A stretch of 64,000 nt of DNA from Auanema rhodensis. Lineage: Eukaryota > Animalia > Nematoda. Location: positions 22,444,001 through 22,508,000 of the forward strand of contig OZ059896.1 in NCBI GenBank assembly GCA_964057225.1, in the 5' to 3' direction. The first letter of the stretch is position 1. Each line of letters starts with the position of its first letter. This document shows, piece after piece, positions 42,201 to 57,200 of the stretch. A program made the position numbers and the translations under genes. Below the pieces are notes generated by a model. The model saw only the letters and a program-made list of their open reading frames with translations, did not search any database and was not told where the DNA came from.

Positions 42201-45200
42201 AAAGAAATCTAAAAACATCTACTTTTTGCTAAATTATTTTGAAATTTTTCGAAAAAATTTTTGTCAAAATGTTTTTGGAAGCAATGTTGATTGTACATGG
42301 AAACTCAACATACACTAATGCATCATTTTTCAAACAATCATAACTAATTTTTGTATTAAGCGCTTTTCAATGTAGTATAGTGCATTCGATGCGGATTTTT
42401 AAGCTGCGTCGATCTGTGTTATCAGATTTGCGCTAGCTTAAAAATGCACCGAGATATCAACTGATATAAGTTCACACTTATATCCTCGATTTTCACCCTG
42501 AAGAATTAATTTTTTCGTTGAATAACATTGTCCATCGTCTTTGCCTTGAAAAAAGGAATTCAAAAACATCTACTTTTTGCTAAATTATTTTGAAATTTTT
42601 CGAAAAAATTTTTGTCAAAATGTTTTTGGAAGCAATGTTGAGTGTACATGGAAACTCAACATACACTAATGCATCATTTTTCAAACGATCATAACTAATT
42701 TTTGTATTAAGCGTTTCTCAATGTAGTATAGTGCATTCGATGCGGATTTTTAAGCTGCGTCGATCTGTGTTAACAGATTTGCGCTAGCTTAAAAATGCAC
42801 CGAGATATTAACTGATATAAGTTCACACTTATATCCTCGATTTTCACCCTGAAGAATTAATTTTTTCGTAGAATAACATTGTCCATCGTCTTTGCCTTGA
42901 AAAAAGGAATCTAAAAACATCTACTTTTTGCTAAATTATTTTGAAATTTTTCGAAAAAATTTTTGTCAAAATGTTTTTGGAAGCAATGTTGAGTGTACAT
43001 GGAAACTCAACATACACTAATGCATCATTTTTCAAACGATCATAACTAATTTTTGTATTAAGCGTTTCTCAATGTAGTATAGTGCATTCGATGCGGATTT
43101 TTAAGCTGCGTCGATCTGTGTTATCAGATTTGCGCTAGCTTAAAAATGCATCGATATATCAACTGATATAAGTTCACACTTATATCCTCGATTTTCACCC
43201 TGAAGAATTAATTTTTTCGTAGAATAACATTGTCCATCGTCTTTGCCTTGAAAAAAGGAATCTAAAAACATCTACTTTTTGCTAAATTATTTTGAAATTT
43301 TTCGAAAAAATTTTTGTCAAAATGTTTTTGGAAGCAATGTTGAGTGTACATGGAAACTCAACATACACTAATGCATCATTTTTCAAACGATCATAACTAA
43401 TTTTTGTATTAAGCGTTTCTCAATGTAGTATAGTGCATTCGATGCGGATTTTTAAGCTGCGTCGATCTGTGTTATCAGATTTGCGCTAGTTTAAAAATGC
43501 ACCGAGATATCAACTGATATAAGTTCACACTTATATCCTCGATTTTCACCCTGAAGAATTGATTTTTTCGTTGAATAACATTGTCCATCGTTTTTGCCTT
43601 GAAAAAAGAAATCTGAAAACATCTACTTTTTGCTAAATTATTTTGAAATTTTTCGAAAAAATTTTTGTCAAAATGTTTTTGGAAGCAATGTTGAGTGTAC
43701 ATGGAAACTCAACATACACTAATGCATCATTTTTCAAACGATCATAACTAATTTTTGTATTAAGCGTTTCTCAATGTAGTATAGTGCATTCGATGCAGAT
43801 TTTTAAGCTGCGTCGATCTGTGTTATCAGATTTGCGCTAGCTTAAAAATGCACCGAGATATCAACTGATATAAGTTCACACTTATATCCTCGATTTTCAC
43901 CCTGAAGAATTGATTTTTTCGTTGAATAACATTGTCCATCGTTTTTGCCTTGAAAAAAGAAATCTAAAAACATCTACTTTTTGCTAAATTATTTTGAAAT
44001 TTTTCGGAAAAATTTTTGTCAAAATGTTTTTGGAAGCAATGTTGATTGTACATGGAAACTCAACATACACTAATGCATCATTTTTCAAACGATCATAACT
44101 AATTTTTGTATTAAGCGTTTCTCAATGTAGTATAGTGCATTCGATGCGCATTTTTAAGCTGCGTCGAGCTGTGTTATCAGATTTGCGCTAGCTTAAAAAT
44201 GCACCGAGATATCAACTGATATAAGTTCACACTTATATCCTCGATTTTCACCCTGAAGAATTAATTTTTTCGTAGAATAACATTGTCCATCGTCTTTGCC
44301 TTGAAAAAAGGAATCTAAAAACATCTACTTTTTGCTAAATTATTTTGAAATTTTTCGAAAAAATTTTTGTCAAAATGTTTTTGGAAGCAATGTTGAGTGT
44401 ACATGGAAACTCAACATACACTAATGCATCATTTTCCAAACGATCATAACTAATTTTTGTATTAAGCGTTTCTCAATGTAGTATAGTGCATTCGATGCGG
44501 ATTTTTAAGCTGCGTCGATCTGTGTTATCAGATTTGCGCTAGCTTAAAAATGCACCGAGATATCAACTGATATAAGTTCACACTTATATCCTCGATTTTC
44601 ACCCTGAAGAATTAATTTTTTCGTTGAATAACACTGTCCATCGTCTTTGCCTTGAAAAATGGAATCTAAAAACATCTACTTTTTGCTAAATTATTTTGAA
44701 ATTTTTCGAAAAAATTTTTGTCAAAATGTTTTTGGAAGCAATGTTGAGTGTACATGGAAACTCAACATACACTAATGCATCATTTTTCAAACGATCATAA
44801 CTAATTTTTGTATTAAGCGTTTCTCAATGTAGTATAGTGCATTCGATGCGGATTTTTAAGCTGCGTCGATCTGTGTTATCAGATTTGCGCTAGTTTAAAA
44901 ATGCACCGAGATATCAACTGATATAAGTTCACACTTATATCCTCGATTTTCACCCTGAAGAATTGATTTTTTCGTTGAATAACATTGTCCATCGTTTTTG
45001 CCTTGAAAAAAGAAATCTAAAAACATCTACTTTTTGCTAAATTATTTTGAAATTTTTCGAAAAAATTTTTGTCAAAATGTTTTTGGAAGCAATGTTGAGT
45101 GTACATGGAAACTCAACATACACTAATGCATCATTTTTCAAACGATCATAACTAATTTTTGTATTAAGCGTTTCTCAATGTAGTATAGTGCATTCGATGC

Positions 45201-48200
45201 AGATTTTTAAGCTGCGTCGATCTGTGTTATCAGATTTGCGCTAGCTTAAAAATGCACCGAGATATCAACTGATATAAGTTCACACTTATATCCTCGATTT
45301 TCACCCTGAAGAATTGATTTTTTCGTTGAATAACATTGTCCATCGTTTTTGCCTTGAAAAAAGAAATCTAAAAACATCTACTTTTTGCTAAATTATTTTG
45401 AAATTTTTCGGAAAAATTTTTGTCAAAATGTTTTTGGAAGCAATGTTGATTGTACATGGAAACTCAACATACACTAATGCATCATTTTTCAAACGATCAT
45501 AACTAATTTTTGTATTAAGCGTTTCTCAATGTAGTATAGTGCATTCGATGCGCATTTTTAAGCTGCGTCGAGCTGTGTTATCAGATTTGCGCTAGCTTAA
45601 AAATGCACCGATATATCAACTGATATAAGTTCACACTTATATCCTCGATTTTCACCCTGAAGAATTAATTTTTTCGTAGAATAACATTGTCCATCGTCTT
45701 TGCCTTGAAAAAAGGAATCTAAAAACATCTACTTTTTGCTAAATTATTTTGAAATTTTTCGAAAAAATTTTTGTCAAAATGTTTTTGGAAGCAATGTTGA
45801 GTGTACATGGAAACTCAACATACACTAATGCATCATTTTTCAAACGATCATAACTAATTTTTGTATTAAGCGTTTCTCAATGTAGTATAGTGCATTCGAT
45901 GCGGATTTTTAAGCTGCGTCGATCTGTGTTATCAGATTTGCGCTAGCTTAAAAATGCACCGAGATATCAACTGATATAAGTTCACACTTATATCCTCGAT
46001 TTTCACCCTGAAGAATTGATTTTTTCGTTGAATAACATTGTCCATCGTTTTTGCCTTGAAAAAAGAAATCTAAAAACATCTACTTTTTGCTAAATTATTT
46101 TGAAATTTTTCGGAAAAATTTTTGTCAAAATGTTTTTGGAAGCAATGTTGATTGTACATGGAAACTCAACATACACTAATGCATCATTTTTCAAACGATC
46201 ATAACTAATTTTTGTATTAAGCGTTTCTCAATGTAGTATAGTGCATTCGATGCGCATTTTTAAGCTGCGTCGAGCTGTGTTATCAGATTTGCGCTAGCTT
46301 AAAAATGCACCGAGATATCAACTGATATAAGTTCACACTTATATCCTCGATTTTCACCCTGAAGAATTAATTTTTTCGTAGAATAACATTGTCCATCGTC
46401 TTTGCCTTGAAAAAAGGAATCTAAAAACATCTACTTTTTGCTAAATTATTTTGAAATTTTTCGAAAAAATTTTTGTCAAAATGTTTTTGGAAGCAATGTT
46501 GAGTGTACATGGAAACTCAACATACACTAATGCATCATTTTCCAAACGATCATAACTAATTTTTGTATTAAGCGTTTCTCAATGTAGTATAGTGCATTCG
46601 ATGCGGATTTTTAAGCTGCGTCGATCTGTGTTATCAGATTTGCGCTAGCTTAAAAATGCACCGAGATATCAACTGATATAAGTTCACACTTATATCATCG
46701 ATTTTCACCCTGAAGAATTAATTTTTTCGTTGAATAACATTGTCCATCGTCTTTGCCTTAAAAAAGGAATCTAAAAACATCTACTTTTTGCTAAATTATT
46801 TTGAAATTTTTCGAAAAAATTTTTGTCAAAATGTTTTTGGAAGCAATGTTGAGTGTACATGGAAACTCAACATACACTAATGCATCATTTTCCAAACGAT
46901 CATAACTAATTTTTGTATTAAGCGTTTCTCAATGTAGTATAGTGCATTCGATGCGGATTTTTAAGCTGCGTCGATCTGTGTTATCAGATTTGCGCTAGCT
47001 TAAAAATGCACCGATATATCAACTGATATAAGTTCACACTTATATCCTCGATTTTCACCCTGAAGAATTAATTTTTTCGTAGAATAACATTGTCCATCGT
47101 CTTTGCCTTGAAAAAAGGAATCTAAAAACATCTACTTTTTGCTAAATTATTTTGAAATTTTTCGAAAAAATTTTTGTCAAAATGTTTTTGGAAGCAATGT
47201 TGAGTGTACATGGAAACTCAACATACACTAATGCATCATTTTTCAAACGATCATAACTAATTTTTGTATTAAGCGTTTCTCAATGTAGTATAGTGCATTC
47301 GATGCGGATTTTTAAGCTGCGTCGATCTGTGTTATCAGATTTGCGCTAGCTCAAAAATGCACCGAGATATCAACTGATATAAGTTCACACTTATATCATC
47401 GATTTTCACCCTGAAGAATTAATTTTTTCGTTGAATAACATTGTCCATCGTCTTTGCCTTAAAAAAGGAATCTAAAAACATCTACTTTTTGCTAAATTAA
47501 TTTGAAATTTTTCGAAAAAATTTTTGTCAAAATGTTTTTGGAAGCAATGTTGAGTGTACATGGAAACTCAACATACACTAATGCATCATTTTTCAAACGA
47601 TCATAACTAATTTTTGTATTAAGCGTTTCTCAATGTAGTATAGTGCATTTGATGCGGATTTTTAAGCTGCGTCGATCTGTGTTATCAGATTTGCGCTAGC
47701 TTAAAAATGCACCGAGATATCAACTGATATAAGTTCACACTTATATCATCGATTTTCACCCTGAAGAATTAATTTTTTCGTTGAATAACATTGTCCATCG
47801 TCTTTGCCTTGAAAAAAGAAATCTAAAAACATCTACTTTTTGCTAAATTATTTTGAAATTTTTCGAAAAAATTTTTGTCAAAATGTTTTTGGAAGCAATG
47901 TTGAGTGTACATGGAAACTCAACATACACTAATGCATCATTTTTCAAACGATCATAACTAATTTTTGTATTAAGCGTTTCTCAATGTAGTATAGTGCATT
48001 CGATGCGCATTTTTAAGCTGCGTCGAGCTGTGTTATCAGATTTGCGCTAGCTTAAAAATGCACCGAGATATCAACTGATATAAGTTCACACTTATATCCT
48101 CGATTTTCACCCTGAAGAATTAATTTTTTCGTAGAATAACATTGTCCATCGTCTTTGCCTTGAAAAAAGGAATCTAAAAACATCTACTTTTTGCTAAATT

Positions 48201-51200
48201 ATTTTGAAATTTTTCGAAAAAATTTTTGTCAAAATGTTTTTGGAAGCAATGTTGAGTGTACATGGAAACTCAACATACACTAATGCATCATTTTCCAAAC
48301 GATCATAACTAATTTTTGTATTAAGCGTTTCTCAATGTAGTATAGTGCATTCGATGCGGATTTTTAAGCTGCGTCGATCTGTGTTATCAGATTTGCGCTA
48401 GCTTAAAAATGCACCGAGATATCAACTGATATAAGTTCACACTTATATCATCGATTTTCACCCTGAAGAATTAATTTTTTCGTTGAATAACATTGTCCAT
48501 CGTCTTTGCCTTAAAAAAGGAATCTAAAAACATCTACTTTTTGCTAAATTATTTTGAAATTTTTCGAAAAAATTTTTGTCAAAATGTTTTTGGAAGCAAT
48601 GTTGAGTGTACATGGAAACTCAACATACACTAATGCATCATTTTCCAAACGATCATAACTAATTTTTGTATTAAGCGTTTCTCAATGTAGTATAGTGCAT
48701 TCGATGCGGATTTTTAAGCTGCGTCGATCTGTGTTATCAGATTTGCGCTAGCTTAAAAATGCACCGATATATCAACTGATATAAGTTCACACTTATATCC
48801 TCGATTTTCACCCTGAAGAATTAATTTTTTCGTAGAATAACATTGTCCATCGTCTTTGCCTTGAAAAAAGGAATCTAAAAACATCTACTTTTTGCTAAAT
48901 TATTTTGAAATTTTTCGAAAAAATTTTTGTCAAAATGTTTTTGGAAGCAATGTTGAGTGTACATGGAAACTCAACATACACTAATGCATCATTTTTCAAA
49001 CGATCATAACTAATTTTTGTATTAAGCGTTTCTCAATGTAGTATAGTGCATTCGATGCGGATTTTTAAGCTGCGTCGATCTGTGTTATCAGATTTGCGCT
49101 AGCTTAAAAATGCACCGAGATATCAACTGATATAAGTTCACACTTATATCATCGATTTTCACCCTGAAGAATTAATTTTTTCGTTGAATAACATTGTCCA
49201 TCGTCTTTGCCTTAAAAAAGGAATCTAAAAACATCTACTTTTTGCTAAATTAATTTGAAATTTTTCGAAAAAATTTTTGTCAAAATGTTTTTGGAAGCAA
49301 TGTTGAGTGTACATGGAAACTCAACATACACTAATGCATCATTTTTCAAACGATCATAACTAATTTTTGTATTAAGCGTTTCTCAATGTAGTATAGTGCA
49401 TTTGATGCGGATTTTTAAGCTGCGTCGATCTGTGTTATCAGATTTGCGCTAGCTTAAAAATGCACCGAGATATCAACTGATATAAGTTCACACTTATATC
49501 ATCGATTTTCACCCTGAAGAATTAATTTTTTCGTTGAATAACATTGTCCATCGTCTTTGCCTTGAAAAAAGAAATCTAAAAACATCTACTTTTTGCTAAA
49601 TTATTTTGAAATTTTTCGAAAAAATTTTTGTCAAAATGTTTTTGGAAGCAATGTTGAGTGTACATGGAAACTCAACATACACTAATGCATCATTTTTCAA
49701 ACGATCATAACTAATTTTTGTATTAAGCGTTTCTCAATGTAGTATAGTGCATTCGATGCGGATTTTTAAGCTGCGTCGATCTGTGTTATCAGATTTGCGC
49801 TAGCTTAAAAATGCACCGATATATCAACTGATATAAGTTCACACTTATATCCTCGATTTTCACCCTGAAGAATTAATTTTTTCGTAGAATAACATTGTCC
49901 ATCGTCTTTGCCTTGAAAAAAGGAATCTAAAAACATCTACTTTTTGCTAAATTATTTTGAAATTTTTCGAAAAAATTTTTGTCAAAATGTTTTTGGAAGC
50001 AATGTTGAGTGTACATGGAAACTCAACATACACTAATGCATCATTTTTCAAACGATCATAACTAATTTTTGTATTAAGCGTTTCTCAATGTAGTATAGTG
50101 CATTCGATGCGGATTTTTAAGCTGCGTCGATCTGTGTTATCAGATTTGCGCTAGCTTAAAAATGCACCGAGATATCAACTGATATAAGTTCACACTTATA
50201 TCATCGATTTTCACCCTGAAGAATTAATTTTTTCGTTGAATAACATTGTCCATCGTCTTTGCCTTAAAAAAGGAATCTAAAAACATCTACTTTTTGCTAA
50301 ATTAATTTGAAATTTTTCGAAAAAATTTTTGTCAAAATGTTTTTGGAAGCAATGTTGAGTGTACATGGAAACTCAACATACACTAATGCATCATTTTTCA
50401 AACGATCATAACTAATTTTTGTATTAAGCGTTTCTCAATGTAGTATAGTGCATTCGATGCGGATTTTTAAGCTGCGTCGATCTGTGTTATCAGATTTGCG
50501 CTAGCTTAAAAATGCACCGATATATCAACTGATATAAGTTCACACTTATATCCTCGATTTTCACCCTGAAGAATTAATTTTTTCGTAGAATAACATTGTC
50601 CATCGTCTTTGCCTTGAAAAAAGGAATCTAAAAACATCTACTTTTTGCTAAATTATTTTGAAATTTTTCGAAAAAATTTTTGTCAAAATGTTTTTGGAAG
50701 CAATGTTGAGTGTACATGGAAACTCAACATACACTAATGCATCATTTTTCAAACGATCATAACTAATTTTTGTATTAAGCGTTTCTCAATGTAGTATAGT
50801 GCATTCGATGCGGATTTTTAAGCTGCGTCGATCTGTGTTATCAGATTTGCGCTAGCTTAAAAATGCACCGAGATATCAACTGATATAAGTTCACACTTAT
50901 ATCATCGATTTTCACCCTGAAGAATTAATTTTTTCGTTGAATAACATTGTCCATCGTCTTTGCCTTGAAAAAAGAAATCTAAAAACATCTACTTTTTGCT
51001 AAATTATTTTGAAATTTTTCGAAAAAATTTTTGTCAAAATGTTTTTGGAAGCAATGTTGAGTGTACATGGAAACTCAACATACACTAATGCATCATTTTT
51101 CAAACGATCATAACTAATTTTTGTATTACGCGTTTCTCAATGTAGTATAGTGCATTCGATGCGGATTTTTAAGCTGCGTCGATCTGTGTTATCAGATTTG

Positions 51201-54200
51201 CGCTAGCTTAAAAATGCACCGAGATATCAACTGATATAAGTTCACACTTATATCTTCGATTTTCACCCTGAAGAATTAATTTTTTCGTTGAATAACATTG
51301 TCCATCGTCTTTGCCTTGAAAAATGGAATCTAAAAACATCTACTTTTTGCTAAATTATTTTGAAATTTTTCGAAAAAATTTTTGTCAAAATGTTTTTGGA
51401 AGCAATGTTGAGTGTACATGGAAACTCAACATACACTAATGCATCATTTTTCAAACGATCATAACTAATTTTTGTATTAAGCGTTTCTCAATGTAGTATA
51501 GTGCATTCGATGCAGATTTTTAAGCTGCGTCGATCTGTGTTATCAGATTTGCGCTAGCTTAAAAATGCACCGAGATATCAACTGATATAAGTTCACACTT
51601 ATATCCTCGATTTTCACCCTGAAGAATTGATTTTTTCGTTGAATAACATTGTCCATCGTTTTTGCCTTGAAAAAAGAAATCTAAAAACATCTACTTTTTG
51701 CTAAATTATTTTGAAATTTTTCGGAAAAATTTTTGTCAAAATGTTTTTGGAAGCAATGTTGATTGTACATGGAAACTCAACATACACTAATGCATCATTT
51801 TTCAAACGATCATAACTAATTTTTGTATTAAGCGTTTCTCAATGTAGTATAGTGCATTCGATGCGGATTTTTAAGCTGCGTCGATCTGTGTTATCAGATT
51901 TGCGCTAGCTTAAAAATGCACCGAGATATCAACTGATATAAGTTCACACTTATATCCTCGATTTTCACCCTGAAGAATTGATTTTTTCGTTGAATAACAT
52001 TGTCCATCGTTTTTGCCTTGAAAAAAGAAATCTAAAAACATCTACTTTTTGCTAAATTATTTTGAAATTTTTCGGAAAAATTTTTGTCAAAATGTTTTTG
52101 GAAGCAATGTTGATTGTACATGGAAACTCAACATACACTAATGCATCATTTTTCAAACGATCATAACTAATTTTTGTATTAAGCGTTTCTCAATGTAGTA
52201 TAGTGCATTCGATGCGGATTTTTAAGCTGCGTCGATCTGTGTTATCAGATTTGCGCTAGCTTAAAAATGCACCGAGATATCAACTGATATAAGTTCACAC
52301 TTATATCCTCGATTTTCACCCTGAAGAATTGATTTTTTCGTTGAATAACATTGTCCATCGTTTTTGCCTTGAAAAAAGAAATCTAAAAACATCTACTTTT
52401 TGCTAAATTATTTTGAAATTTTTCGGAAAAATTTTTGTCAAAATGTTTTTGGAAGCAATGTTGATTGTACATGGAAACTCAACATACACTAATGCATCAT
52501 TTTTCAAACGATCATAACTAATTTTTGTATTAAGCGTTTCTCAATGTAGTATAGTGCATTCGATGCGGATTTTTAAGCTGCGTCGATCTGTGTTATCAGA
52601 TTTGCGCTAGCTTAAAAATGCACCGAGATATCAACTGATATAAGTTCACACTTATATCCTCGATTTTCACCCTGAAGAATTAATTTTTTCGTAGAATAAC
52701 ATTGTCCATCGTCTTTGCCTTGAAAAAAGGAATCTAAAAACATCTACTTTTTGCTAAATTATTTTGAAATTTTTCGAAAAAATTTTTGTCAAAATGTTTT
52801 TGGAAGCAATGTTGAGTGTACATGGAAACTCAACATACACTAATGCATCATTTTTCAAACGATCATAACTAATTTTTGTATTAAGCGTTTCTCAATGTAG
52901 TATAGTGCATTCGATGCGGATTTTTAAGCTGCGTCGATCTGTGTTATCAGATTTGCGCTAGCTTAAAAATGCACCGAGATATCAACTGATATAAGTTCAC
53001 ACTTATATCATCGATTTTCACCCTGAAGAATTAATTTTTTCGTTGAATAACATTGTCCATCGTCTTTGCCTTAAAAAAGGAATCTAAAAACATCTACTTT
53101 TTGCTAAATTATTTTGAAATTTTTCGAAAAAATTTTTGTCAAAATGTTTTTGGAAGCAATGTTGAGTGTACATGGAAACTCAACATACACTAATGCATCA
53201 TTTTCCAAACGATCATAACTAATTTTTGTATTAAGCGTTTCTCAATGTAGTATAGTGCATTCGATGCGGATTTTTAAGCTGCGTCGATCTGTGTTATCAG
53301 ATTTGCGCTAGCTTAAAAATGCACCGAGATATCAACTGATATAAGTTCACACTTATATCCTCGATTTTCACCCTGAAGAATTAATTTTTTCGTAGAATAA
53401 CATTGTCCATCGTCTTTGCCTTGAAAAAAGGAATCTAAAAACATCTACTTTTTGCTAAATTATTTTGAAATTTTTCGAAAAAATTTTTGTCAAAATGTTT
53501 TTGGAAGCAATGTTGAGTGTACATGGAAACTCAACATACACTAATGCATCATTTTTCAAACGATCATAACTAATTTTTGTATTAAGCGTTTCTCAATGTA
53601 GTATAGTGCATTCGATGCGGATTTTTAAGCTGCGTCGATCTGTGTTATCAGATTTGCGCTAGCTTAAAAATGCACCGAGATATCAACTGATATAAGTTCA
53701 CACTTATATCATCGATTTTCACCCTGAAGAATTAATTTTTTCGTTGAATAACATTGTCCATCGTCTTTGCCTTAAAAAAGGAATCTAAAAACATCTACTT
53801 TTTGCTAAATTATTTTGAAATTTTTCGAAAAAATTTTTGTCAAAATGTTTTTGGAAGCAATGTTGAGTGTACATGGAAACTCAACATACACTAATGCATC
53901 ATTTTCCAAACGATCATAACTAATTTTTGTATTAAGCGTTTCTCAATGTAGTATAGTGCATTCGATGCGGATTTTTAAGCTGCGTCGATCTGTGTTATCA
54001 GATTTGCGCTAGCTTAAAAATGCACCGATATATCAACTGATATAAGTTCACACTTATATCCTCGATTTTCACCCTGAAGAATTAATTTTTTCGTAGAATA
54101 ACATTGTCCATCGTCTTTGCCTTGAAAAAAGGAATCTAAAAACATCTACTTTTTGCTAAATTATTTTGAAATTTTTCGAAAAAATTTTTGTCAAAATGTT

Positions 54201-57200
54201 TTTGGAAGCAATGTTGAGTGTACATGGAAACTCAACATACACTAATGCATCATTTTTCAAACGATCATAACTAATTTTTGTATTAAGCGTTTCTCAATGT
54301 AGTATAGTGCATTTGATGCGGATTTTTAAGCTGCGTCGATCTGTGTTATCAGATTTGCGCTAGCTTAAAAATGCACCGAGATATCAACTGATATAAGTTC
54401 ACACTTATATCATCGATTTTCACCCTGAAGAATTAATTTTTTCGTTGAATAACATTGTCCATCGTCTTTGCCTTAAAAAAAGGAATCTAAAAACATCTAC
54501 TTTTTGCTAAATTAATTTGAAATTTTTCGAAAAAATTTTTGTCAAAATGTTTTTGGAAGCAATGTTGAGTGTACATGGAAACTCAACATACACTAATGCA
54601 TCATTTTTCAAACGATCATAACTAATTTTTGTATTAAGCGTTTCTCAATGTAGTATAGTGCATTCGATGCGGATTTTTAAGCTGCGTCGATCTGTGTTAT
54701 CAGATTTGCGCTAGCTTAAAAATGCACCGAGATATCAACTGATATAAGTTCACACTTATATCATCGATTTTCACCCTGAAGAATTAATTTTTTCGTTGAA
54801 TAACATTGTCCATCGTCTTTGCCTTAAAAAAAGGAATCTAAAAACATCTACTTTTTGCTAAATTATTTTGAAAGTTTTCGAAAAAATTTTTGTCAAAATG
54901 TTTTTGGAAGCAATGTTGAGTGTACATGGAAACTCAACATACACTAATGCATCATTTTTCAAACGATCATAACTAATTTTTTATTAAGCGTTTTTCAATG
55001 TAGTATAGTGCATTCGATGCGGATTTTTAAGCTGCGTCGATCTGTGTTATCAGATTTGCGCTAGCTTAAAAATGCACCGAGATATCAACTGATATAAGTT
55101 CACACTTATATCCTCGATTTTCACCCTGAAGAATTGATTTTTTCGTTGAATAACATTGTCCATCGTTTTTGCCTTGAAAAAAGAAATCTAAAAACATCTA
55201 CTTTTTGCTAAATTATTTTGAAATTTTTCGAAAAAATTTTTGTCAAAATGTTTTTGGAAGCAATGTTGATTGTACATGGAAACTCAACATACACTAATGC
55301 ATCATTTTTCAAACGATCATAACTAATTTTTGTATTAAGCGTTTCTCAATGTAGTATAGTGCATTTGATGCGGATTTTTAAGTTGCGTCGATCTGTGTTA
55401 TCAGATTTGCGCTAGCTTAAAAATGCACCGAGATATCAACTGATATAAGTTCACACTTATATCCTCGATTTTCACCCTGAAGAATTGATTTTTTCGTTGA
55501 ATAACATTGTCCATCGTTTTTGCCTTGAAAAAAGAAATCTAAAAACATCTACTTTTTGCTAAATTATTTTGAAATTTTTCGAAAAAATTTTTGTCAAAAT
55601 GTTTTTGGAAGCAATGTTGATTGTACATGGAAACTCAACATACACTAATGCATCATTTTCCGAACAATCATAACTAATTTTTGTATTAAGCGTTTTTCAA
55701 TGTAGTATAGTGCATTCGATGCGGATTTTTAAGCTGCGTCGATCTGTGTTATCAGATTTGCGCTAGCTTAAAAATGCACCGAGATATCAACTGATATAAG
55801 TTCACACTTATATCCTCGATTTTCACCCTGAAGAATTAATTTTTTCGTTGAATAACATTGTCCATCGTCTTTGCCTTGAAAAGAGGAATCTAAAAACATC
55901 TACTTTTTGCTAAATTATTCTGAAATTTTTCGAAAAAATTTTTGTCAAAATGTTTTTGGAAGCAATGTTGAGTGTACATGGAAACTCAACATACACTAAT
56001 GCATCATTTTTCAAACGATCATAACTAATTTTTGTATTAAGCGTTTCTCAATGTAGTATAGTGCATTCCATGCGGATTTTTAAGCTGCGTCGATCTGTGT
56101 TATCAGATTTGCGCTAGCTTAAAAATGCACCGAGATATCAACTGATATAAGTTCACACTTATATCATCGATTTTCACCCTGAAGAATTAATTTTTTCGTT
56201 GAATAACATTGTCCATCGTCTTTGCCTTAAAAAAAGGAATCTAAAAACATCTACTTTTTGCTAAATTATTTTGAAAGTTTTCGAAAAAATTTTTGTCAAA
56301 ATGTTTTTGGAAGCAATGTTGAGTGTACATGGAAACTCAACATACACTAATGCATCATTTTTCAAACGATCATAACTAATTTTTTATTAAGCGTTTTTCA
56401 ATGTAGTATAGTGCATTCGATGCGGATTTTTAAGCTGCGTCGATCTGTGTTATCAGATTTGCGCTAGCTTAAAAATGCACCGAGATATCAACTGATATAA
56501 GTTCACACTTATATCCTCGATTTTCACCCTGAAGAATTGATTTTTTCGTTGAATAACATTGTCCATCGTTTTTGCCTTGAAAAAAGAAATCTAAAAACAT
56601 CTACTTTTTGCTAAATTATTTTGAAATTTTTCGAAAAAATTTTTGTCAAAATGTTTTTGGAAGCAATGTTGATTGTACATGGAAACTCAACATACACTAA
56701 TGCATCATTTTTCAAACGATCATAACTAATTTTTGTATTAAGCGTTTCTCAATGTAGTATAGTGCATTTGATGCGGATTTTTAAGCTGCGTCGATCTGTG
56801 TTATCAGATTTGCGCTAGCTTAAAAATGCACCGAGATATCAACTGATATAAGTTCACACTTATATCCTCGATTTTCACCCTGAAGAATTGATTTTTTCGT
56901 TGAATAACATTGTCCATCGTTTTTGCCTTGAAAAAAGAAATCTAAAAACATCTACTTTTTGCTAAATTATTTTGAAATTTTTCGAAAAAATTTTTGTCAA
57001 AATGTTTTTGGAAGCAATGTTGAGTGTACATGGAAACTCAACATACACTAATGCATCATTTTTCAAACGATCATAACTAATTTTTGTATTAAGCGTTTCT
57101 CAATGTAGTATAGTGCATTCCATGCGGATTTTTAAGCTGCGTCGATCTGTGTTATCAGATTTGCGCTAGCTTAAAAATGCACCGAGATATCAACTGATAT